In this document: positions 28,216-36,501 of the stretch, in pieces | How the letters are laid out: each line of letters opens with the position of its first letter | Position numbering within the stretch: the first letter of the stretch is position 1 | NCBI GenBank assembly: GCA_965247665.1 | Contig: CBDFHH010000004.1 | Coordinates: forward strand, 844,595-908,594 | Length of the DNA: 64,000 bases | Source: Alphaproteobacteria bacterium | GTDB taxonomy: Bacteria; Pseudomonadota; Alphaproteobacteria; SHVV01 | Direction of reading: 5' to 3' | Made by a program: the position numbers and the translations under genes | Notes under the pieces: generated by a model | Seen by the model: only the letters and a program-made list of their open reading frames with translations | Database searches by the model: none | What the model was told of the DNA's origin: nothing

Positions 28216-30510
28216 GTGGTCGATCTTCATCCCCACGCCAAATCGGTCTCTCTCGACGACCTGCTCAAGGCCAACAAGGATCAGTTCGACAAGATCTTTG
28301 CCCGCCAGATGGACGAGGTCGGTCTGGTCGAGGCGCCGCACCGCCCGGCCACCCAGGAGGATCTCGAATCGGCGAGCCTCAAGGCGCATACCCCGGCCGA
28401 TGACGTTAACGAGATGCTCACCGAACGGTTTGGCGTTGGCTGGTCTTCGGAAGTGGTCGAGCACAAGGTCGGAAGCGGTGTCGTGACCGTGTTGTGCAAG
28501 CTCACGGTCGACGGCGTCTCGAAGATGCAGTTCGGCTCGGCGCGGGCCAATGGCGACGAGGGCCGCGCCCTCCAGCGGGCGACCGACGAGGCGCTGACGA
28601 AATGCGCGGCGCAGTTCGGCAATGGCGGTAACGGGCACACGGCTGATGCACGCGGGACGCCGAGCCCGCAGACCGTGCCGAGATATGGCGAGGCGGAACC
28701 GGCGCCGGCGTCGGGGCGTGCACCGTCGCAGAAGCTCGACACAATTTCGTTGGACATTATCGAGAACGCCCTGCGCAACGCCCGCCATGAGATGGATGCG
28801 GTGCTATTCCGCTCCGCGATGTCGCCGGTGATTCGCGAGCAACACGATGAATTCCCGATGATTACCGATGCCAAAGGCCGCATGATCGTTGGCCAGTTCG
28901 GTTCGTATGTCGTCGAGATGCTCAAGGAGCAGAACATCTCCGTCGCGCCGGGCGACGTGATCCTCAACAACGATCCCTATCTGTGCGGCGGTTCGATAAG
29001 CCACATCAACGACTGGCTGGTGCTCGTGCCGATCTTCCACGAGGACGAACTGGTCGGCTTCAGCTCGATGTTCGGGCACATGATGGATTGCGGCGGCTCG
29101 GTGCCGTGCAGCATGCCCACCGCCGCCACGTCGATCTTCGCCGAGGGTATTCGCATCCCGCCGGTCAAGATCTACGACAAGGGCGAACTCAACCGGGCGG
29201 CGCTCAGCATCATCATGAACAACACGCGCACGCCGGAGATGAACTACAGCGATCTGATGGCGATCATCGCCGGCTGCCGCACCGGCGAGAAACGGGTGGT
29301 CGAGATTTGCGACCGCTTCGGCAAGGAGACTTACAAACAGGCCTGCGAAGCCCTGCTCGAGCGCACCAACCGGGCGATGCGCAAGCTGATCGTGCAGAAC
29401 CTCCCGGAAGAGCCGCAAACCTTCGAGGACGTCATCGACGACGATGGCTGCGGCAACGGCCCCTTCAAGCTGCGCATGACGCTGTGGCGCGAAGGGGAGC
29501 ACGCCTATTTCGACTGGACGGGAACCTCGCCGCAGGCGCCGGGACCGGTGAACTTCTACCTCAACGAGGGCATGTTCAAGATGTTCATCGGCGTCTACCT
29601 GATCATGATCTACGACCCGCAGATCCTGTTCAACGACGGCTTCTATGACTTGATCCATGTCACCATGCCGAAGGGATCGCTGCTGCACCCCGATTTTCCC
29701 GCTGCACTCGGCAACCGCACCCACGCGCTGTCGCGCCAGTTCGACGTGCTCGGCGGCGCGCTGTCGAAGAACGCGCCGCAGATGGCGACCGCGGCCGGCT
29801 ACGGCTCGAGCCCGCACTTCCTCTACTCGGGCGTCGACAAGAAGGGGCGGCCGTTCCAGCTGATGGAGATCCTGTTCGGCGGCATACCGGGCCGGCCGGT
29901 CGGCGACGGCATGGACGGTCATTCCTGGTGGCCGCTGTTTGAGAGCATTCCGACCGAGTATCTCGAGGTCTACTATCCGATGATCATCGAGAACTACGAG
30001 ACGATCTCCGACAGCGGCGGGCCCGGTAAACACCGTGGGGGCAACGGGGTCGAGAAGGTCTATCTCCTGCTCGAGGATGGCGAGATCTCGATCCAGGACG
30101 ACCGCCAGGAATCGCAGCCCTGGGGCATCCTCGGCGGCAAGCCCGGCCAGTGCTCGGACAAGTGGCTGGTTAGGACCGACGGCAATCGCGAGCCGCTCGG
30201 GTCCAAGATCGACAGCTTCAAGGTCAAGGCCGGAGAGCGCGTGATCTTCCGTACCGCCGGGGGCGGCGGCTGGGGCGACGCGCTGGAACGCGATGCGATG
30301 CGGGTGCGCAACGACGTGGCCCGCCATCTCATGTCGGCGGAAGCGGCGCGCGAGCATTATGGCGTGGTGCTCAAGGGCCAGGTGCAGGAGCTCGACATCG
30401 GCGCCACGCAGGAGCTGCGCGGGAGTTTGAAACGAAGCCGCCCGGCGCTGCCGCCGTACGATTTCGGCGAGCGTCGGACGGGAGGAAACGGGGTCGGCGC
30501 GACGGGCTGA
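28216..30510 (+). CDS. hyuB: Hydantoinase/oxoprolinase B subunit (HyuB) with an N-terminal ~140-aa extension containing a Rad52/Mgm101-like domain; copy 1.
   Basis: GTG at 28216 with RBS AGGAGG, 9 bp after the hyuA stop. Residues ~60-135 read NEMLTERFGVGWSSEVVEHKVGSGVVTVLCKLTVDGVSKMQFGSARANGDEGRALQRATDEALTKCAAQFG. A Gly/Pro/Ala linker follows, then the canonical HyuB core begins LDTISLDIIENALRNARHEMDAVLFRSAMSPVIREQHDEF.... There is no stop or plausible internal start between the domains. Confidence 0.88.
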   Translation: MVDLHPHAKSVSLDDLLKANKDQFDKIFARQMDEVGLVEAPHRPATQEDLESASLKAHTPADDVNEMLTERFGVGWSSEVVEHKVGSGVVTVLCKLTVDGVSKMQFGSARANGDEGRALQRATDEALTKCAAQFGNGGNGHTADARGTPSPQTVPRYGEAEPAPASGRAPSQKLDTISLDIIENALRNARHEMDAVLFRSAMSPVIREQHDEFPMITDAKGRMIVGQFGSYVVEMLKEQNISVAPGDVILNNDPYLCGGSISHINDWLVLVPIFHEDELVGFSSMFGHMMDCGGSVPCSMPTAATSIFAEGIRIPPVKIYDKGELNRAALSIIMNNTRTPEMNYSDLMAIIAGCRTGEKRVVEICDRFGKETYKQACEALLERTNRAMRKLIVQNLPEEPQTFEDVIDDDGCGNGPFKLRMTLWREGEHAYFDWTGTSPQAPGPVNFYLNEGMFKMFIGVYLIMIYDPQILFNDGFYDLIHVTMPKGSLLHPDFPAALGNRTHALSRQFDVLGGALSKNAPQMATAAGYGSSPHFLYSGVDKKGRPFQLMEILFGGIPGRPVGDGMDGHSWWPLFESIPTEYLEVYYPMIIENYETISDSGGPGKHRGGNGVEKVYLLLEDGEISIQDDRQESQPWGILGGKPGQCSDKWLVRTDGNREPLGSKIDSFKVKAGERVIFRTAGGGGWGDALERDAMRVRNDVARHLMSAEAAREHYGVVLKGQVQELDIGATQELRGSLKRSRPALPPYDFGERRTGGNGVGATG

Positions 30511-30586
30511 CCGCAATCGGGGAGGTGAGGCCGGGCTCAGCCGATCCGGCCCGCATACGAAGTGTTAAGGAGGAGGGGGCCGCACC

Positions 30587-33415
30587 ATGCTCGGAACCGT
30601 CATTTCCGTAGTCATCACAGCGATTGTCGTCATCGCAATCGCCTACATCATCTCGATCTGGATCTACAAACGCTCGCCGTCGAACATGGCGTTCATCCGC
30701 ACCGGCTTTCTCGGTACGAAGGTATGCCTCGGACGCGGCGCGATCGTGCTGCCGGTTTTCCACGACGTCTCGTGGGTCTCGCTCGAGACGATTAAGCTGA
30801 TCGTCGGCCGCACCAACGACCGGGCGGTGCTGACCGCCGACAACATCCGGGTCGATATCACCGCCGAGCTCTACACTCATGTCGGCCACACCGAGGCGGA
30901 CATTCTCACCGCCAGCCGCAGCCTCGGCGAGAAAACCTTCGATGCCGAGGGTGTGCGCAACCTGCTTGAAGCCAAGGTGGTCAGCCAGGTCCGCAGCGAC
31001 GCTGCCACCAAAACGCTGAAGGAGCTACACGAAAACCGCGACGCCTTCGCCCGTTCCATCAAAGAGAAGGTGATCGAGAGCTTCCAGGCCAACGGTCTGA
31101 CGCTGGAAGAAGTCACCATCGTGTCGCTCGAGCAGTCGGGCAAGGAATATTTCAAGACCGACAACGTGTTCGACGCCGAGGGTCTCAAGGTCATCACCGA
31201 GATCACCTCGGACGCCAGGCGCAAGGTTCACGAGACCGAGAAGCGCACCGACGTCGCGATCCGCCAGAAGGACCTCGATACCCAGCTCGAAATGCTGATA
31301 ATCGAGAAGAACGAGGCGTTGGCCCGCGCCAGCCAGGACCGCGAAGTGTCCAACGAGCAGGCGCTGCAGCTCTCGGAGAAGCAGAAATACGTGCTCGATC
31401 AGCGCCGCGCGGTCGAGGAGCGCGAAATCGACAACGAGAAGGACCTCGAACGCCTGCGCACTGAGCGCGAAATAGCGATCACCGAAGAGGCGCAAAAGCG
31501 CGAGATCACCGAAATCCAAAAAAGCCTGGCCATCGAACAGGAGCAGCGCGACCGCGAAATCGCGCTGATAGCCAAAGCCAAGGAGGAGGAGCTCTCCAAC
31601 ATCGCCCGCAACCTCGAACTCGAAAAGGCCGAGAAAGACCGGCACATCGAGCTGGTTGGCAAGACGCGCGACGAGGAGCTCGCGGAGATCGATCGAGTGC
31701 TGGCTCGCGAGCGGGCGGAAAAGGAGCGCGAGATCGATCTGTCGGCCAAGGAGCGCGAGCGGCAGCAAACCGATATCGCCCGCCGGACGGAAGTGTTGAA
31801 GTCGGAAGAGCTGGCCCGCGATGAGCGCCACAAGGCGGCGGAGGGGGCTACGATCTTGGTCCGCAAGCGCAGCCTCGACACCAAGCTGGCGATACTGCAG
31901 GTCGAAAAGGACGAGGAATACGCCAAGCTGCTGCAGGATCAAGAGATCTCGAACGAACGCGCGCGCATTCTCAGCGACAAGCAGCGCTTCATCATCGACA
32001 AGCGCTGGGAGGTCGAGCACGAGGAGATCGTCAAGGAGCAAGCGCTCGAGCAGGCCAAAATCCAGAAGGACACGGCGATCATCGAGGAAGCGAAAACTCG
32101 CGAGGCCGCGGACATCCGCCGTACGCTCGCGCGCGAGCAGGAGGAGCGCGACCGCGAGATCGCGCTGCTGGCCAAGGCCGAGGAGGTCGACCGTGCGACC
32201 ACTGCGCGCAGCCGCAAGCGCGAGGAGAACGACCGCGACCGCCAGGTGGCGATCATCGCCAAGGACGAAGAGGTGCGCCGCGCCGAGGTCCGTCAGGCCC
32301 TGGCCGTCGAGCTCGAAGAGCGCGAGCGCGAGATCGCGCTGATCAACAAGGAATCCGAGCGCGAGCTGACCGATATCCAGCGCTATCTCGCGCGCGAGCA
32401 GGAGGAGCGCGACCGCGAGATCACCCTGGCCGCCAAGCTGCGCGAGCTCGAGGCAGCCGAAATCAACCGACTGGAAACCACGGCGGAGCGTGAAAAGGCC
32501 GAACACGGTGCGGAATCAGTGCGCATCGTCGCTGATGCCGAGCGCGAGAAGGAACTCGAGCGGATCAAGGCCGAGCGGGAAGCTACCGCGCGTCGCATCG
32601 ACGAGGAGAACAAGGCCGACATCACGCGCATGCACATGCTGACCCAGTCGGAAGCGCGCAAGCTGGCCTCCGAGCAGGAAGCCGAAGCAACGCTGACCCG
32701 CGCCAAGGCCAACAGCGAGGCGCAGAAGATCACCGCGGAAGGCATCGAGCGCGAGGCCGGCGCCGAGGGCCGCGCCGAGATGGAGATCGAAGCGCTACGC
32801 ACGCAAAACGTGCAGGGCCGGCTGGAGGCGGAGGCGGCGGGCATCGAATCCAAGGCCGATGCGCTCAAGCAGTACAACGAGTCGGCCGCGTTCCTGGAAC
32901 TGGCGCAACTGCACATCGCCGCCGAGCGCGACGTCCACATCGACCAGGCCAAAGCGATGGGCAACGCGCTCAGCCAGGCGCAGATCCGCATGTATGGCGG
33001 CGGCGGCAGCGGCGGCGACGGCACCGTCGATACCATACGCGGTATGTTCACGTCCGGATTCGCGCTCGGCGAAGTCCTGGAAGGCGTGGCCCAGTCGCTG
33101 CCCGAGGGACTGCGGAGCCGGTTCTCGGAAAACGGCATCCGCGGCTTGTTCGGCAAGCCCTACCGCGGCAACGAGCTGAAAGAAGCGGTCGTTGCCCTCG
33201 CCGCCCTGGTGCGAAACCAGATGCGGGCGCGCAAGGATCGCGAAATTCCCTTCGCGGAGGCTGTCGCCAAGCTCGAAGCGGCGGCCGGCGACGATACGGC
33301 GGCGGGCCGCGGCATCGCAATCCTCAGAAACTTTAATGAGAACGGCGTTTTCGACGATGTCCAGTTCGAACAGGTCTGGGCACTGCTTCAGGCAGCCGCC
33401 AAGAACGGTAACTAG
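30587..33415 (+). CDS. Flotillin/SPFH-family membrane scaffold protein (FloT/YqiK-like), unusually long at 942 aa because of an expanded coiled-coil repeat region.
   Basis: N-terminal TM helix (MLGTVISVVITAIVVIAIAYIISIWIY), SPFH domain (FIRTGFLGTKVCLGRGAIVLPVFHDVSWVSLETIKLIV...), then ~600 aa of E/R/A-rich repeats (REQEERDREIALLAKAEE; IEQEQRDREIALIAKAKEE; EEREREIALINKESE...). Strong RBS AAGGAGGAGGGG. Confidence 0.8.
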   Translation: MLGTVISVVITAIVVIAIAYIISIWIYKRSPSNMAFIRTGFLGTKVCLGRGAIVLPVFHDVSWVSLETIKLIVGRTNDRAVLTADNIRVDITAELYTHVGHTEADILTASRSLGEKTFDAEGVRNLLEAKVVSQVRSDAATKTLKELHENRDAFARSIKEKVIESFQANGLTLEEVTIVSLEQSGKEYFKTDNVFDAEGLKVITEITSDARRKVHETEKRTDVAIRQKDLDTQLEMLIIEKNEALARASQDREVSNEQALQLSEKQKYVLDQRRAVEEREIDNEKDLERLRTEREIAITEEAQKREITEIQKSLAIEQEQRDREIALIAKAKEEELSNIARNLELEKAEKDRHIELVGKTRDEELAEIDRVLARERAEKEREIDLSAKERERQQTDIARRTEVLKSEELARDERHKAAEGATILVRKRSLDTKLAILQVEKDEEYAKLLQDQEISNERARILSDKQRFIIDKRWEVEHEEIVKEQALEQAKIQKDTAIIEEAKTREAADIRRTLAREQEERDREIALLAKAEEVDRATTARSRKREENDRDRQVAIIAKDEEVRRAEVRQALAVELEEREREIALINKESERELTDIQRYLAREQEERDREITLAAKLRELEAAEINRLETTAEREKAEHGAESVRIVADAEREKELERIKAEREATARRIDEENKADITRMHMLTQSEARKLASEQEAEATLTRAKANSEAQKITAEGIEREAGAEGRAEMEIEALRTQNVQGRLEAEAAGIESKADALKQYNESAAFLELAQLHIAAERDVHIDQAKAMGNALSQAQIRMYGGGGSGGDGTVDTIRGMFTSGFALGEVLEGVAQSLPEGLRSRFSENGIRGLFGKPYRGNELKEAVVALAALVRNQMRARKDREIPFAEAVAKLEAAAGDDTAAGRGIAILRNFNENGVFDDVQFEQVWALLQAAAKNGN
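32131..32422 (+). repeat. Intragenic direct repeats inside the flotillin gene. For example, a 31-bp exact repeat GCGCGAGCAGGAGGAGCGCGACCGCGAGATC occurs at 32131 and 32392, 261 bp (87 codons) apart and in frame.
   Basis: Nucleotide-identical blocks encode the repeated peptide AREQEERDREI; similar degenerate copies occur throughout 31,300-32,500. Confidence 0.8.
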
Positions 33416-33460
33416 GACAAGGTTGGACAATGCCAACGCAGAGCTTCCCGCCCGCTCAAT

Positions 33461-33487
33461 CCCTCGCCCCCGCCGGCGGGCGAGGGG
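33461..33487 (+). terminator. GC-rich near-perfect palindrome (hairpin) immediately downstream of the flotillin stop; candidate intrinsic terminator without a U-tract.
   Basis: CCCTCGCCCCCGCC|GGCGGGCGAGGGG is a 13-bp stem, 46 bp after the stop at 33415. Confidence 0.3.
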
Positions 33488-33531
33488 AGGGTGAGGGGGA
33501 CTGACTCCGAACGCGGGAAGGCCGGACGCGC

Positions 33532-34641
33532 ATGCCGGATTACGACGTTGTCCTCGCTCACGTTGACAAGACGTTCGAGGGTGATGTCCGCGCGGTAATC
33601 GACTTCAATGCGGAAATCGAGCATGGCGAGTTCGTGGCCATGCTCGGTCCCAGCGGTTGCGGCAAGACCACCACGCTGCGCATGATCGGCGGCCTCGAGG
33701 AGGTCACCGAAGGCAAGATCTACCTTGCCGGCGAGGATGTTACCGACCTGCCGCCGTCGCACCGCAACACCTCGATGATGTTCCAGAGCTTCGCGCTGTT
33801 TCCGCATCGCACGGTGTACCAGAACGTCGAGTTCAGCCTCAAAATGAAGGGCCAGTCGAAGGACGAGCGCGCGCGCCAAGTGTGGCAGATGCTCGAACTG
33901 GTCGGGCTCGACCCGCTGTCAAACCGCCATCCGCGCGATCTTTCCGGCGGTCAGCAGCAACGTGTGGCGCTGGCGCGAGCGCTGATTAGCAAACCGGTAT
34001 TGCTCTTGCTCGACGAGCCGCTCGGTGCGCTCGACTACAATCTACGTGCGACGATGATGGTCGAGCTCAAGAAGATCCAGCGCGAGACCGGCATTACCTT
34101 CATCATGGTCACTCACTCGCAGCAGGAAGCGATGTCGTTGGCCGACAAGGTGATTGTGATGAGCGACGCGCTGATCCAGCAGACCGGCACCTCGCGCGAA
34201 ATCTACGAAACGCCGCGCACCAAATTCGTCGCCGAGTTCATCGGCAACAACAACATCTTCAACGGCACCATCAAGTCGCGCAGCGGTTCGATCGTGTTCG
34301 TCGAATCCGAGACCAATCTGTTCTACGTGCGGGTGCCGGAATATATGCGGCAGGTCACGATCGGCAGCGCAGCGCACTTCTCGGTGCGCGCCGACCTCGT
34401 GCATACCGGCGACCACCCGGATATGGCCAACAAGGTGGTCGGGTCGTACATCACCACCGAATTCATGGGCTCGCTCGAAACCGACGTGTTCGAGATCGAA
34501 CCCGGGTTGTTCATCCATGTCGAGCAGCACCGCTCGGCCACGGATCGTTCCTACGAGATGGGCGAGCGCGAGGTGGTGTGCTGGCCTGCCGACGCCGGCA
34601 TCCTACTCGATCAGGTAACCGCCGAGTCCGTTTCCAGCTAG
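33532..34641 (+). CDS. ABC transporter ATP-binding protein, PotA/spermidine-putrescine-type (with C-terminal TOBE-like domain).
   Basis: Walker A GPSGCGKTT, LSGGQQQRVALARAL, Walker B LLLLDEPLGALD; 369 aa. It is convergent with the permease/SBP genes of the same transporter type on the minus strand. Confidence 0.85.
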   Translation: MPDYDVVLAHVDKTFEGDVRAVIDFNAEIEHGEFVAMLGPSGCGKTTTLRMIGGLEEVTEGKIYLAGEDVTDLPPSHRNTSMMFQSFALFPHRTVYQNVEFSLKMKGQSKDERARQVWQMLELVGLDPLSNRHPRDLSGGQQQRVALARALISKPVLLLLDEPLGALDYNLRATMMVELKKIQRETGITFIMVTHSQQEAMSLADKVIVMSDALIQQTGTSREIYETPRTKFVAEFIGNNNIFNGTIKSRSGSIVFVESETNLFYVRVPEYMRQVTIGSAAHFSVRADLVHTGDHPDMANKVVGSYITTEFMGSLETDVFEIEPGLFIHVEQHRSATDRSYEMGEREVVCWPADAGILLDQVTAESVSS

Positions 34642-34935
34642 CGCCTTCTCTACCTAAAAATATCGCTTCAGCACTACCGCGCCGCTGGGTTCCGTATCAC
34701 CGGCGGCGAAGACGAGGGTCGGCGTGCGCGATCCGCACCATTCCAACAACGCGTCGACCGCTCCCGCTTTGGCGTCCAACTCGGCGACATGGCATTCCTG
34801 AATGCCGGCCGGCGTTCAGGCCGATGGCCGTACCATTGTGTAGGTCCGGCTCGGCGCGGGTCCTGCGGCCGAAGCATTGCAAGCGCGCTTCGGCCTTATC
34901 GTGCGTGGCTCGGCCCGACCCAGTGCGGGCCGCGG

Positions 34936-35622
34936 TCAGCGGCGCACATATTGCGTGGCGCCGAACAGCACCGACCAGCTCTGCTCAGTGAACTTCGGCG
35001 GTTTGTCCTTGGTCTTTTCCATGTCCTTGGCGACTGCGGATCGTGCCGCGATGACGTCGAACCACCGCACCACGTTGGGGAACTCGTTGATATCCTGGCC
35101 TTGCCGCTCGTAGAGCCGGCACCAGGGGAAGATCGCCATGTCGGCGATCGAATAATCGCCCGCGACATACTCCCGGTCGGCAAGCCGGCGGTCGAGCACG
35201 CCGTAGAGGCGCCCGGCCTCGTTGGTGTAGCGGTCCATCGCATATTCGATGCGCTCGGGCGCGTAGGCGTTGAAGTGGTGCGACTGGCCCAGCATCGGCC
35301 CGAAGCCACCCATCTGCCAGAACAGCCACTGCATCGCCTCGACGCGGGCGCGCGGCTCGGTTGGCAGGAATTGACCGGTCTTCTCGGCGAGATAGACCAG
35401 GATCGCGCCGGACTCGAACACCGAGATCGGTTTGCCGTCGGGCCCGTCATGATCGACGATCGCCGGGATCTTGTTGTTGGGGCTGATAGCAAGAAACTCC
35501 GCTTCGAACTGATCGCCGCGGCCGATATCGACCCAAGCCAATCGGTAGGGCAGGCCCGTCTCCTCGAGCATGATGTGGATCTTCTGTCCGTTCGGCGTCG
35601 CCGCCGTATAGAGGTCGATCAT
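34936..35622 (-). CDS. Glutathione S-transferase (bacterial Nu/YghU-YfcG-like class).
   Basis: Start at the ATG at 35622 (MIDLYTAATPNGQKIHIMLEETGLPY...). Has a thioredoxin-like N-domain and a helical C-domain. The 148-codon upstream extension in the track was rejected as a high-GC artefact. Confidence 0.8.
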   Translation of the reverse strand: MIDLYTAATPNGQKIHIMLEETGLPYRLAWVDIGRGDQFEAEFLAISPNNKIPAIVDHDGPDGKPISVFESGAILVYLAEKTGQFLPTEPRARVEAMQWLFWQMGGFGPMLGQSHHFNAYAPERIEYAMDRYTNEAGRLYGVLDRRLADREYVAGDYSIADMAIFPWCRLYERQGQDINEFPNVVRWFDVIAARSAVAKDMEKTKDKPPKFTEQSWSVLFGATQYVRR

Positions 35623-35666
35623 CGGTACCTTCGCTTGCTTGCTGGACGGAGCAACATGGACCGCCG

Positions 35667-36494
35667 CTAACGCGAGCGGCGATAGAGGATCGAGTAGATT
35701 ACCAGGAACAGTGCGATCATCCCCAGCGAGAACAACGTTGAGGCGGTGCCGAGCGCGAACAGGGTGGGGCGTATGCGCTGGGTCATCGAGGCGTTGATGT
35801 CGAGCGGTAGGGTGTTGAACTCGCCGGCCAGCAGTGTGGTGCGCGCGAACTCGTCGTACGACAGCGTGAACCCGAACAGGCCGGCAGCGACAATTCCAGG
35901 CAGGATCAACGGGAACGTCACCTCCCTGAACACGGTCCACTCGCTGGCGCCCATATCGCGGGCCGCCTCCTCCAATCCGCTGTCGAAGCGGTTGAACACC
36001 GCCATCATCACCAGGAAACCGAAGGGCAGGGTCCAAACGACGTGGACCGCCAGCGCCGACGACCACCAGTGAGGCGATATGCCAAGGAACTGCAGCAGTG
36101 TGGCCATACCCAGGCTGAGCAGCACACCGGGTACCATTAGCCCGGCCATGATCGTGTAGAACAGCACGCCGGCGCCGAAAAACCTCTTGCGGAACGCCAT
36201 CGCCAGCATCGTCGAGAACAGCGCGGTAATGACCATGACGATGAGTGCGAGGATCAGCGACCGCATCAGCGCCCCCTGCATGTCGCCGACGCTCGAGGGT
36301 TGGATCAGCTTTTCGTACCAGTAGAAGCTGAATCCGCGCATCGGAAAGCTCGTGCCCCCGCGCCGGCCCTGAAACGACAGCACGAACATTGCGAACATCG
36401 GGCCGTAGATGAACAGCAGGAACAGGCCGTAATAGACTCCGAATCCGCCCTTGATCCAGGCCTTCTTCTTACGTTCGGGCGTCCACCGCGCCAT
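35667..36494 (-). CDS. ABC transporter permease, PotC/PotI-like.
   Basis: 275-aa polytopic protein with the EAA-type loop (FDSGLEEAARDMGASEWTVFREVTFPL). Confidence 0.85.
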   Translation of the reverse strand: MARWTPERKKKAWIKGGFGVYYGLFLLFIYGPMFAMFVLSFQGRRGGTSFPMRGFSFYWYEKLIQPSSVGDMQGALMRSLILALIVMVITALFSTMLAMAFRKRFFGAGVLFYTIMAGLMVPGVLLSLGMATLLQFLGISPHWWSSALAVHVVWTLPFGFLVMMAVFNRFDSGLEEAARDMGASEWTVFREVTFPLILPGIVAAGLFGFTLSYDEFARTTLLAGEFNTLPLDINASMTQRIRPTLFALGTASTLFSLGMIALFLVIYSILYRRSR

Positions 36495-36501
36495 CTTTCC
36501 C

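Noticed and set aside
28804-30516. 570-aa minus-strand ORF
   Set aside because: Antisense to hyuB-1, whose translation has clear HyuB homology throughout.
31025-32506. 493-aa minus-strand ORF and several Ser/Arg-rich ORFs around 31.4-33.1 kb
   Set aside because: Antisense or out-of-frame readings of the flotillin repeat region; the compositional repetition mirrors the sense-strand repeats.
35623-36066. 148-codon upstream extension of the GST ORF
   Set aside because: Gly/Arg/Pro-rich, overlaps the PotC-like permease gene on the same strand in another frame. The GST homology starts exactly at MIDLYTAATPNG.
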